Source: Chromera velia (taxonomy: Eukaryota). Taken from it: DNA of 56,080 nt. This document shows, one piece after another, positions 37,400 through 49,906 of this stretch. Position 1 is the stretch's first letter; each line of letters starts with the position of its first letter. The DNA lies in the NCBI GenBank assembly GCA_018398765.1, contig JAHBMJ010000118.1, positions 1 to 56,080 on the forward strand, given 5' to 3'. Under the pieces are notes generated by a model that was not told the DNA's origin, made no database searches, and saw nothing but the letters and a program-made list of their open reading frames with translations. A program made the position numbers and the translations under genes.

Positions 37400-40300
37400 A
37401 TGGCCCTAACAAAGGTGGGTTGTGCTAACTGAATTTATAAAGGAAAACGCATGCATTTTTTGAGACGGCTGTCTTAACTGGTCGTTCATAGAGACATATA
37501 CAGTGTGTGAAGTCCATTTCTGGTTCATCCACACCTCTTCAAAAGCGTGTAACCATGCAGGGAGGCATTGACGAAGAATGGGGCACAAAGCTCTATCGAC
37601 GTGCTTCAGACCGAGGGGGATCATGTATCGAGAAGAGTGAGGGAGTGAGTGAGTCTGCATGCATGCGTGAGGACCAGAGAAGCAAAAGGGACAGAATAAC
37701 CCCCCGTTTTTTTTTTTCTGCGTGTGAGTGCAGCAACGAGGTCTTTCCTCCGCCTCGGCCTTTCTTTTCCTCGCGACACTTCTCTTCCTCTGTGCTCCTG
37801 TAGTACAGACAAGACTAGTCACGGTGAGTCACGGAGAAAATAACATCGATTTTTTCAGGTCATCAAATTGGCAGTGGAGGTGCATGAGGAAGAATGACAG
37901 CTAGACGCACAGCAATCGAAAAGATCAAATTCCAAGGCATGACTGTGAGCTAACCTGAAGTTTCCAGCTCCGATGGGCACAAAGTAAAGGATCTGCATGC
38001 AGGGCCCACTGCAGCCCTTTTTAAATTATGCATGAAGCTTTGTTGCGTGAACGTGAATGAATCACTAGACCACTGACCGTATCCTGCGAAACATGCACAA
38101 AGGCACGCAAGCAGTCAGACCTGCAGGTTGGAATAAATGCTTCACTCACTTTTGTTGTCTCTCACGAAAGCATGTCATTCTGAACTCTCTCCTTTACAGA
38201 CACATGCATGCACTCAGGGTAATGACTCCCCGCATTCCCTCCTCGACGGGTTGCCTTAACTGCAGGTAAGAGATCGACGTTCCTCCTCCGCCTCTCTATC
38301 GGACAGCTCATTGGACTCGATGCCCGAGTTGAAGGAGAGAGTGGATGACCAGATCAAATTGGACAGTGAGAACCTGTCGCTGTCCATAGCCTCGGACGAG
38401 GAGAAGCAGAAGCTGACCAAGAAAGCACTCACAGAGGCCAACGCGGAAATCGTGAAGTGCTTTGATGAGAAGAAGAAGGCCGGCAAGGAGGACGAGAAGG
38501 AGAGTCCGTCTTTGTTGAAAGAGGAGGATCTGCACTTTGACTCTGCTGCATCTTCTGAAGATAAATTGATGCTCGTTCTCTTCTTCAGACTCTCCGAGAA
38601 GTTTGCGAGATTCACAGTGGACGGACGGATTCCTTCTATCGCCTTTTTCTTCTCTCGCTCGAAAGGCCAAAAAGACCACGACCTCCTCACTCTCTCGACT
38701 TCTTTTCTGGACTCCAACGGTTTCTCCTTCCACGATACAGAGCCGTCTCCTTGCCAGCTGGTTGTGCAGACTCCGGGTAGTCACAGCAAGGCAGACACCA
38801 AGAGGTCCGGAGAGTGAGAACATATGTGAAGAGCAAACCTTCCTGTCCTTGTGTGAAAACGCGAATGGAAGGATGAAAAGAATCCAATTCATGCGTGTAG
38901 AAAGAAGGGAGAGCAAACAACGGCCAAGGTGAAATTACTTTGCACGTAGAAAAAGGCAGCGGCTTCTCTTTTGATCTAATTGTATTTCCCCCCCTTTCTT
39001 TCTTGAATTGGAAACGCCATTGAAATGTCTCTCTCTTCTTTGCGGGGGGGTGCATGCATGCAGGCCACTGATTCAGCGCGCAGTGAGAGAGCTCGAGGAG
39101 AAGTTGCACAACGACATCGACAACCCGCTTTTTGCTTCGGATCCTTTTGTGGACACAGAGGTAGGTCCATTCTTTGGTTGCATGGTGCATGGATCCTTCG
39201 TCGTTGCTCTGGAAGGAATTTCCGTACGTTGATTTTGCCGTGTCTGTGTGTCTGTGTGTGAGTGTGTGGGCGTGTATGATTTCTTTCTTTTATCAGAGAG
39301 AGAGTCGGTCGGCCAGTCAGCCTCCCTCTTTGCCTCTTGCTCGGTCTCTCTATCCCCTTGCCTGAATCAATTGCACACGGTTCTCCTCTCCCCTCCCTTT
39401 TCTCTGTCGAGTGCACTGCAGGACGAGGACACCCTCGCTGGCGTTCCGGCTGCCCACAAGAAGGGGAGAAGCGTGACGGCGGCAGACAAGGCTTGCCCTG
39501 CCGACACGGTGAAACCCCAAGTGCGGAAGGTCTTTGAGGCCTCAACGAGGGTCGTGAAGGGAACAGAGGTGTGCTTTGGTTTTTTACAGAGTATGCATAA
39601 TACAGTTAAATCAATGCATGCACAGTTCGGAGGTCTTTGAGGCCTCAACGAGGGTCGTGAAGGGAACAGAGGTAGGTCAGACAGTCAGTCAGTCAGTCAG
39701 TGCATGGCGGGGGGGCCGTCGGTGAAGTGTGCATGAGCGGATTCATTAATTGGTTGGTTGGTTGGTCGAGCATCTGAAGAGACGGACTTCGACGGTTGTC
39801 AGTCCAGAGGTGAGCTAGGAAAATGTTATATTTTCTAGAAGCAAGGAAAGGGGGCGACGTCCAGCCATCATTTGGGCGGGTCCAGGCCGTTCCGTTCTGC
39901 TATATTGTGTGCTGTGGGAAGATGTTTTTTTCTTTCACAAACGAGAGAAAGGTTCAAATACATTCTTGAAAGCAGCGTGTACAACAAACTTGATAAAGAG
40001 CACGAAGCAACAGAGGGATTCCAATCCCTTTCCGCATACGACAAATCAGAACCGCATCTTCTCACAGTCTTGATTCAAAACTTTCTCAAACACTGTTTCT
40101 GGATTGACTCCATTCCCGCTTCTCAAATAAGTTCCTAATGTCACATGACATAAATCATCAAACCAAATAGACCGTAATTCGCCGAATAAACAAACTGACT
40201 CTGACGCAGGTCAAACTCTTCTTCAGCCTCGACGCATCGGTCAACGGTACCGGATCTCCTGACACGACAAGCTTCCATGAGGTCAGACTGTCAGGCTGCA

Positions 40301-40438
40301 TGCCCGCATGCATACATGCATGGCTTTCCATAAATTTGGGAAGGAAGGAAGGAAGGAAGGAAGGAAGCAAGGAAGGAAGGAAGTGCCTTGCAAGACCGGG
40401 TTCATTTTCTTAATTGAGTTCATGCTCCCACAAAGCTC

Positions 40439-40491
<53 letters not shown>

Positions 40492-41322
40492 GAAAGGAAG
40501 GGGCGGGCGACCGGGGGCGAAAAATGGGAAGCGGATGGGCCTGTGTCCTTTGAGTGAATTTAGAAGGTCTGGAAGTCGATTGGGGAAAACGCAGGCGGGC
40601 TGGAAAATATGTTTGAAGACCAAGAGGCAAGAGAATCAAACAACACGCAAAGGCGACCCCCTTGTGTGACAATCAAATAACGAATTAGTGTATTGGTCAA
40701 AGTGGATTTATTCAGATTGATCCGTCTGATGTTTTCCTCTCGCTGCCTCTCGATCACCTCGTTGTGTTGCAAAGTGATCGAATGTCTCCCTCAGGCTCTT
40801 CAAATAAGAGAAAATCACTTTTTTATGAAACGGAAAACAGCGACAAGTAAGGTCGTTTACTTCTTCCAATAGTGTAAACTCACAATACTCACTTCATGCG
40901 TTGATTTGTCCTTTTCTCTTCTACATTTTTTTTCTGATTTCTTTCTTTCACAATGCGCATCATTCCTCGTAGAATAAATAAGCAGTGCATGTAGTTAGTG
41001 AAAGGCTAAACGAAACACTCGTGCAATGCATCACTGAACGACTGTTCCTTCCTTCCTTGCAGGCGACGGTTTTCTTCGGGTCGATGTCAGAAGAGGACGA
41101 CCCAGAGATCTCGATGCCTGTCAAGGTGAATTGCCAGAAGGTCTGTTTGTTCATTCGTTCAGTCAACGACTGAAAATCATTTTTGTTTTATCATCTTGCC
41201 TTTTACTCTTCAGACTTTTCCTTCCTCCATTTTACTCTCTTTTGAGCACATGCATCTCTGTTTGCCTGTGTGCCTTACTTCTTATGCTCCCTTCCTTGTT
41301 TGGCCTCTTCCTTCGTTGATAT

Positions 41323-41361
<39 letters not shown>

Positions 41362-44300
41362 CAATTTCTCTTCAGGACATCTCATTCAGTGAGTGGCTCC
41401 GCTGCTACCGCCTTTTCCTTTGCGAGAGGCCTATGGCATCAACAACCTCTAGGAAACCTTCTTCTTCTGAAGAAGAAGAAGAGCAGACGGGGGGGGTGGA
41501 GGAGACGGCAACGGGAGCTTTTGTGCAGCAGAAGGAGAGGGAGAAAAGGCAAAGCAGTCGAATGCCGAAAGGATTGGAATTTCTTGATCTCGGGATGCAC
41601 AGGGAGAACAAAGAGATGAAAAACAAAAAGTCAAACACCGTCAACACAGATCAAAAGAGGTCCGCAAATTCAAATCTGCTGGTTTTTCTTTTCGTCCCCC
41701 CCTGTTTGTTTTCTTTCTCTTCAACTAGAATACTTTGGAGGGCTTTTCATTGAAAAAGAGTCGAACGGCCTGATTCTCATCCACAATAGGTAAAAGAGAG
41801 CTTTTCTTTTCTCGCCCCTCCCTGAGTTGCTGGACTGATTTTATTGCCTTTTCCTTCACTTCAGGTGGCGCGCCATGGCGAGGAAGGTTGAGTACCTCTC
41901 CGACTTTGTGCACGAACACAGAGAGGTCCTCAAAGGACTCCCGAGCGCATTCGATCCTCGAACTGGACTGTCAGTCAGTCCGTCACTCAGTCAGGCCGTC
42001 GGAGCCAATGTGATTAATCGTCTTCCGTTTGGTTTTTCAGAGTCTCGACGCTGGGTTTCTTTGTACATTTTTGCATGCTTGTATCTCGCTGCTCAACTTT
42101 CTGTGTTTTGCTTCCTTCTGCGTCTTTGCATTTCGTTGTCAGGAGTTTGTCTTCGGTCGGTCGCTCTGAAGCCAGAAGGAAGGCCGCCTCGCCTCTTCCT
42201 GTCCCCTCTGGGTTTGTGTTGCTTCTTTTGTCTGTCTGTATGTATGTATGCGTGAGCTCGCGAATGGCGAATATATTTTTGGGTGTTTGAATTAATGTTT
42301 TCTTTCTTTCAGAGGAGCGCTGACTCGAGAGGCCGCCGAGAAGCTGTCCGACTGCTTTCCCTCATATGCCGTGAAGGACCAGGGACAGTGTGGGTCCTGC
42401 TGGGCAGTCGCGGCAACCTCCGCGTTGGCAGATAGGGTCCGTGGGTGGGTGGGTGGGTGGGTGGGGGGGAATCTGACGAGAGGATGATCGAGTGTGATTT
42501 TGAGCAGTTTTGTGAGGGGTGCCGCTTCTTTGTGTGCGGTTTTGTGCTTTTGGTTATTGTGTGCTTCTTTTTCTTTTTCTGCTATCCACCCCTCTTTACT
42601 CTCGCATGACTCTTTGGACGTGGTGGTCTCCTTCGTTTTGATCGATCCGCATGACGTTTAAGAAAGTATCTCCATCCGTATCATTTGGCCTGAAGCCTTT
42701 GCTGCGTGCGAAATTACAGAATGCTTAGAAGAAGGAAACAGCTAAACGACATTGATATGGTAGTTCTAAGTACAAACAGTTTAATTCCGGTGCTTTAAAT
42801 TCTGAAATTAATCCTGCATGCAGCAATGCATAAAGGACAAGGGCACTTTGATCGACGGGCATGCGCACTCGTTCTCGACTGAGCAGGCGATCTCCTGCGG
42901 ATTCAACCACAAACCCTGCCAGGGGGGGTTCCCCACTGACGTGTACATGGAGGGAGTCAGAGACCCTCTCCAATTAGAGGCAAATTATCCCTATGTCTCC
43001 AAGTAAGTGGGTCTGCCTGGTTTTTCTGTCGAAGAATCCCTAGCTCTTTCATTCACAAGCTACCTGACTGACTGTGAAACCACCAATTCGATCACCTATT
43101 TATCTGCTGAACATTTGACTGTCGGCCAACCTACCTGTATGTCGATCTATCTGGATCTATCGATATTTCCATGCGTTCGTTTTCCTCTCAATTTCCAGCC
43201 CCAGCTTGAGTTCACGATGTTACTCAGATGCTCTTCCCGCTAGAACGCCGATCATATCTGAAGAAGCCGTCCTCCGATGCACAAGCGTTATTCTAGTGAC
43301 TGACTGACTGTATGATGCATGCAGATGCGACCGAGCCGAGATGGGAGTTGTGCAGCCGATGCACTGGAGCAACTGCAAGGCCCTCGCGTCGATGCCTCTG
43401 ATCACTCGGCCCTGTGAGTGCCAGCACGAGAGCCTGGATCCCGACTTCAAAGAGGGGGTATTCGGGGCTCAGTGCAGGGAGAAGACCCTGGCCAGAAAGC
43501 ACTATCCGTACAAGGTCGGTCGGACATCCTAGCTGTCGTTCAGCGGACATCCCGTCGTTTTTCTTTTTCCTTTTTTGTTTCTATCCGTACAAGGTCGGTC
43601 GGACATCCTAGCTGTCGTTCAGTGGTGCCAGTGGGACGAGGCACTCGTTGGCTGACAAGTGTGGAGGGAATACTGCTGCTCTAAATGAACCTATCTGCCT
43701 CATCAATTGGTTTGTCAGAGAAGGAGAAACAAGTCACACTGAAGTCTTCCGCGAAATAAAATTAAGGTCCCACTCTTTTGCTTCTCCTTAATGTATCTTG
43801 AGGGTGAAAGCGAGAGTCAGCAGGTAGGTAGGCGAACATAAACATTACTATTCGCATACACACTGATTTAATCATCAAATGACTGCAGGTAGAGGACTAC
43901 TTCCACATCGCCTTCCCCGAGTGTCAGGAAGTGAACGCTCCCCGCAGGTGCAGAGAGAGAGTGGTGGACAAGGGCCTGAAGAGGCCTGTCTCCATCAGGA
44001 ACGTCGAGATGCACATCCAGGCACAATTGGTTTACAACGGCCCGCTGGTGGCCACCTTTGTGGTGTATGAGGACTTTGACTTCCATGTCAAGAATGGACA
44101 CAAGGTGAGGGAAGAGAAGGGAAAGAGAAGAGAATCGTCGTTCCTCTAGACTCCTTTGGTGATGCATTGATATTTTGCTTTTGTCGGTTGCTGTTTGTGA
44201 CTCTGTCACTCTGTCAGTGACCGTGACAAAAAGGAGGCGTCGACAAATGAGGGTAGGCGTCCAGTGTAGGTGGCCTCTCCTTCTTCCGGGGAAATGAACT

Positions 44301-45322
44301 TATGCAATTTTACAAGACGGGTTCTCCCCTTCGCTACATTTTTTTGAGCCGCATTTTCTCTGCTTTACGGATACAATTCCCTCACATTCTAGATAAAATG
44401 ATTGTGTATATTTCTCGAACGAACAAAAGTCCACGCATGTACCCTCCTCTCCAACTCCCCCCCCTCCGACAATTACCCAACCATGCAGGTTTACCGGTGG
44501 GACGGCCGGTCTCCCAAGAAAGGCATGCACGCAGTCGAACTGGTAGGGTACGGGACGGAAGGAAGAACAAAGTACTGGCTGGCAAAGAACTCATGGGGAG
44601 AGGAGTGGGGGGACGGGGGGTATTTCAAAATCGTCAGAGGTACGCAGGTCCTTTTTTTTTGTTGCTTTCTTTCTTTTTTTCTTTCTTTCTTTCTTTCTTT
44701 CTTTCTGTCTTTCCTTCGTTTCATCTGAAGGAGCTCTCTTCTTCATTTGGTTGAATCGGGTGGCCGCTCGAGGTCTGGAAGGATGGCAAAGAAACTCCGA
44801 GGGAACGCTTTTCAAAGGGTCAAATGAAGAGATGGACGATCACGCAGTGATCTCACTTGAGAGTTCTTAACCTGTCATCGCTATGAAAAAAGACAAGTGG
44901 GAACGCATGAGCGAAGGCAGCAGGAAGTGCACTTGCTTATGTGAACGTGTGTGTGTGTCTTCTCGAACGCAGGGGAGAATCATGTCGGTATTGAGGAAAG
45001 AGTCAGTGGAGCCTATATGGCAGGGGCAGCTGATGCTCCTCGAAGAGAGCACCCAGAAAAGGACTCGTATGCAATGGAGGTGAGTGAGTCAGTGAGTATT
45101 TCTCTCTCTCTTTCAATGCAGTCATGCAATACCAAACAAAACACCTTTGCTGGTCGTCTCTCTCCGTTCACGGGCCGCAGCACCTGAAAGATTTCGATGT
45201 TGTTTTTGCTTAGAGAAGCTGCTCGAACCAGCGTCAGAGTTCCTTCCTGGCTGAGTGTCGTCGTGTCTACCCCCTCTTCCAATCTTGTGCCTCACCCCCT
45301 TCCCTTCCGCCGTCATTCTCCG

Positions 45323-45364
<42 letters not shown>

Positions 45365-46837
45365 TGCATGTGTGTGTCTCTGCTTCCTTTTGTTTCTTTC
45401 ATCGGCTCGGCCACCCATGATACGACAACCACTTATTGCCTGTATGTGCAGTTGGAGGTGATGGACATCTCTGCCTTTGTAACAGCGGGGAGATCAGGAA
45501 AGCACCGGACGGGTGTCTACATGAAGTGCCAACCCGAGTGCGAGATCAACCAGGCGTACAGAAACCAAATGGCCGGGGCCAGGGTCACAGAGGAAACCTC
45601 AAACACAGAACCGGAAGGGGTATGTATTTGTGTGTTTTCAGTTTGTTTTGTCTTTCTGTCTGCATCTTTGTTTCTGCCTTTTCCTCTCTCTTTTCCTGTA
45701 TATCTCATTTGTCTCTCTTCCCACCTTCAGTTTCTAAATTTGTCCTTCAGCCAGAACAAACACAGGTCCATCGACGAACTCTATCATCACTACAGTCACC
45801 CTCTTCATGCATCGTATTTCCCTCGAGTGCAACCATACAGAGAGTGCGTGCATGCTGGGAGGGAGACAGCATGATTTAATTGCAGCAGGCCTTGAAAGCA
45901 AAACACTCACTCACTTAAGTTCTTTTCCCTATCTCCCTCACTCACACACTCCCTCCCTCCTGTTGGAGATCCCTCCATCCAGGTCGGTTCCACCAAGCTA
46001 CGCATTGACCTCAACCCTCAGAGCTGTGGGAAGTCCGGGCACAAGAGGGCAGTGATCGCTTTGCAGCAGAAGGCCTACAAGTCTGCTAAGCGATTCTACG
46101 TGGTCAGTCAGTCACTCGCAGTCAGTTAGTCAGTGAGCCAATCAGTCGGAAAGTCAGTCAGTCAGTCAATCAGTCAGTCAGTCAGTCAGTTAGTCAGTCA
46201 GTCAGTCAGTCAGTCAGTCAGTCAGTCAGTCGGAAAGTCAGTCGGGTGATCAAGTGACCAGAAGATGCAGAGACCATAAAAGAGACGATGAAAGTTTGAC
46301 AAGCAAGTTGATTAAAGAATGTCAGGAAACGAACAAAGAGCAGGAAGGAAAAGGAGCAAGAGACGGCCAGATAGAAAGGGCGGAGTTGATTGATGAAGAA
46401 CACATGCATGCTAGTGGCCAGTCGGTATGTATGTCTTCTGCTCTTGCATGCGATTCAAAGGGCTCTTTGACCGATTGATCAAGGCAGTCTGTGGGGAATA
46501 CGTTGAGCGACTCCGAGGACCTTCTGCAAAATGCTCAGGAACCGCAAACTAAAACAGTAAATCAATGGGCTGGATCGATCGCCTTATGAGTCTCACTTGA
46601 AGCTCACTAAAGATTCTCGTCATAACATTCAACTATGTGTGCCGCTGTCTGTTTGCATTTGTTTGTCCGCAGATTGATTACTTCTGTGATGACTATACGA
46701 TCCAGCACAGACTCACAGAGAGAAGCTGCCAGGAAAAGACGGACCGTTCTGTGAAGGGCAGGTCCCTGCAGACTCTGTCGAAGACCTGTTGGAACACCCA
46801 ACTGATGGTCATCAACGAGAAGTTCCTTGGAAATTGA
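37400..46837 (+). CDS. Large secreted cathepsin-B-like papain-family (C1A) cysteine protease with long N- and C-terminal extensions; many exons
   Basis: MALTK (37400-37414) | signal-like [26 protein letters not shown] (37734-37823) | 38266-38813 | ... LPSAFDPR (~41938) | [11 protein letters not shown] (Cys 42398-42400, missed by the ORF track) | CQGGFP | [14 protein letters not shown] | HAVELVGYG...[20 protein letters not shown] | ENHVGIE. The final exon and stop at 46837 are tentative. Confidence 0.85.
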
Positions 46838-47484
46838 GTGAAAGAAACTGAGTGAGGGAATGGAAAGAGAAAAGAGGAAGGCGATTTCTGTCATTCATTT
46901 GATGGTTGACAGATGGAGAAGCGAGGTGGAAACGGATAAGTTTGATTGCTAAGACTAAGAGAGAAAGCGAAAGAAAAGCCTGCAGAATGGGGATCGGGCA
47001 GGGTAGGATGAAATTCTTTCAAGGCTATCATGCAGTTTTGCTTAATCGTGAACCGCAATACGCTCTCTGTAGCAGGCAGACTGAGAAAAAAAGGGGATCG
47101 GGAAGGGACACGTCCGGGAAAGAAGGGCACAGGGTTGGGTAAGGAACATGAGAAAAAGTTGGGTAAGTCACGGGAATAGAGCATTCCGTTTTATTTTATC
47201 GGACTGCGTCCATAAGTTTAAGGGGAAACAGCGTTGATGTACGTTCTGTCGTACGCTGTCGAAGCATTTCAGTTTGAATAAGAAAGACGTCGGAAGAGCA
47301 ATTGAAATAAATTGAAGCGAAAGATTACAACAAGGAAAGTATCAGGTGGAAAGGGCATAAATTTGAGGCAAAAGTTTGGTTTTACTATTTAGATGCACAC
47401 GAAAAATACGTTTTCCTAATTTCCAATTTGAATTGAATCCTAATTTTCCAATTTGAAACAATTTAAATTTATTTTTTTTTTTCT

Positions 47485-47515
<31 letters not shown>

Positions 47516-48293
47516 TCTCTCTCTCTATGTATATATATATAATATAATATAATATAATATATTATTATATATATATGTCAAAAACTTAATGTAGAAACAA
47601 GTTGTATTTCAAGTAGGTTTTGCGTCTAAACATTTTAAAACTCAAAAGTTTTACATTTGAACACCAATTAGTTTCATATCTATACATCATTTAAGTTAAA
47701 AAAATTGAACTAGAAATAGAATTAGATTAAAATTTGGATTTCAAAATTGAAATTGCAATTTTCCAATTATATATATTTAATTCTTACGTATTTTTCGATA
47801 AATTGGATTAGGTGCTTCTTACGTATGAAAAAACAAAAAACAAGGTAAGCTATAGGAAAGAAGATGAAAAAAGGGAATAAAGATGAGAAGAATTAAAGAA
47901 AAAGAGAAAAAAAGAAAAGAAAGATACTGCAAGAAGTAACAAAAAGTCTATTTCTATAAAGCCTTCAAATAGAATCAAACTTAGGATGCTCGATACAGAC
48001 TCCTCATAGCTCCTTGCATGCAGAGTAGGAAAGCCTTGCTGACAGTCGCTGCGCAAATTTTTGGTCGGTCAGACCCAAATGAACCGATGATTAATGGAAT
48101 GTGGTACGACTTGGACTCTTGGAGTCTGCCGAGAACACGTGTAGCGCTCCTGTTCCTTTTCAAAAGAAACATGAAAAGAGGCTCCCTCTACAACACTCTG
48201 ACGTCGCGCTGCAGGCGGGGCGATCACTTAGTCTGAAAGCATAGTCGCAAAGCTCACTTGTTCGTAACCTCTTCGAGTCGTGTCAACCTTCGT

Positions 48294-49169
48294 TCATTTG
48301 CCAGAGCGTTCTTTGCGTGGTCGAAATCCAATTTGAAAGTTGTCTATCCCCAGATACTCATCATACTCACCGAAGCTTGTTCCCTTAAGAGAGAGAGCCG
48401 TGAGATACTGAAGTCTGTCCGCTGCCTCTTTCTGTTCTTTGAGCCTGTGTGCGTCAACAAACTCCTGCCGCTCGGCGCGGCTAAAGGCACCAGGTTCGGT
48501 TATCTTTTTGATAAGTCTCAGCCGATCCGTCTTTCGGATCATGTATCCGTGTTCTGCCCATCTGTTTTCCTGATCCATCAGCGGGTACATCCACGCAGCG
48601 ATAGCATTCACCTCTTCGCGTCTTGTGTACCCCAGATACCAGCAACTCTTCCGGGCGCCGATGTTTGTACGGCTGTAACTCCCGTTTAGCACCTGCTCCC
48701 CAATGGCACTCCTGATCTCTGTCAACAACTCTTTGCTGCCTGACACAAACGAAAGAGAAGGGTATGGACCCGAAAAGCCGGCGCACCCGTCGCCCTCAAA
48801 TATAGCTCTGACCAACTCGGAGAGAAGAGATGGCTCGATGCCCTCTGGCATCAACACATCAAAGGACTTCCTGCCTGGCTCACACTTGAGAATGGTGCGG
48901 GCGTCTCTCGCGAGTTCGGACGAATACGGACGCAAACGCGCATAGGCTGCTCCGTCGGAGCAATAAAATTTGATAGGGTGCTCAGAACCCAGCTCCTTTC
49001 GAATGTGAGCAACCCACTTGCAGTCGAGATGTTTTTGGGTCCAATTGAGGTAATGAGGACCGACATACCCATCAGACATCAACGCACCCCATACCCAGGC
49101 TTGCTTTCCACTGCGGATGCCGTCTCGGAAGTAGCTCTGGTTGACGAAATACCTTCGAAGTCCGCCCAT
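48294..49169 (-). CDS. Free-standing double-motif LAGLIDADG (DOD/intein-type) homing-endonuclease-like protein, intronless, 291 aa
   Basis: Motif 1 AWVWGALMSDG and motif 2 LVRAIFEGDG lie about 90 aa apart. They are preceded by YFVNQSYF and followed by LSFVSGSKELL and WMY...RK, the pattern of bacterial/phage free-standing LAGLIDADG proteins. ORF is intact from ATG to stop. Confidence 0.82.
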   Translation of the reverse strand: MGGLRRYFVNQSYFRDGIRSGKQAWVWGALMSDGYVGPHYLNWTQKHLDCKWVAHIRKELGSEHPIKFYCSDGAAYARLRPYSSELARDARTILKCEPGRKSFDVLMPEGIEPSLLSELVRAIFEGDGCAGFSGPYPSLSFVSGSKELLTEIRSAIGEQVLNGSYSRTNIGARKSCWYLGYTRREEVNAIAAWMYPLMDQENRWAEHGYMIRKTDRLRLIKKITEPGAFSRAERQEFVDAHRLKEQKEAADRLQYLTALSLKGTSFGEYDEYLGIDNFQIGFRPRKERSGK

Positions 49170-49906
49170 TTTTCTTCACTGATTTCCCGCGGAGACGGAC
49201 ACAAAGGAGAGAGGATACGTAGACGGTTCAGCGTCAGAGCCTGAGAATTTTAGAGACACCAAACAACATGTGACTGTCAGAAACATTGGTGACGGCTGAT
49301 TATGCCACTGATGAGTGCCTGCCATGTGCCTGCCACACACACACAATCTGCCGCTCATCTCCATATACAGGCCCGAGGCGTTCCACACATCTCCGGTTGA
49401 AATCGGTTGAATCCCCGTCACCCGGCGGGCCCGATTCATCTTGCTTCGATACGTACCATTCGAATCGTACCTGCACGTACCTTGCATGCTTCCGTTCAAT
49501 GAAAAATGATCATGCATTGTCGATGCATTGTCGTTTTTTTTTTTTCTTTCGTTTCTCATGTTTTTTAATTTTTTTTTTTTTTTTAAGCAAGGAAGAGTTT
49601 AAAAAATTGCATGTTGCATGCATGCATGTTCTTTCGTTGCATTCTTCTTTAGTGTCTCTCTGGTCCTGTGTATATATACATGCATAGTGTCAGACTGTCT
49701 CTGAGAGTCTGCAGTGAAAAGCAGGAGCGTGACTTTCCCATAAAAGATTATTTCCCCTAGAAGAGCCTCGCTCCCTACCTCTTCAGTCGATACGCGGACT
49801 CCACAGTTCCTGTCAGACTCAATTGGGTGTTCGAATACTTAAAGACATTGAGGCCGAAGCGGATCTTTTCAGGTTCTGCTCGCACAAAAGCAACTGTTGC
49901 AAGACT

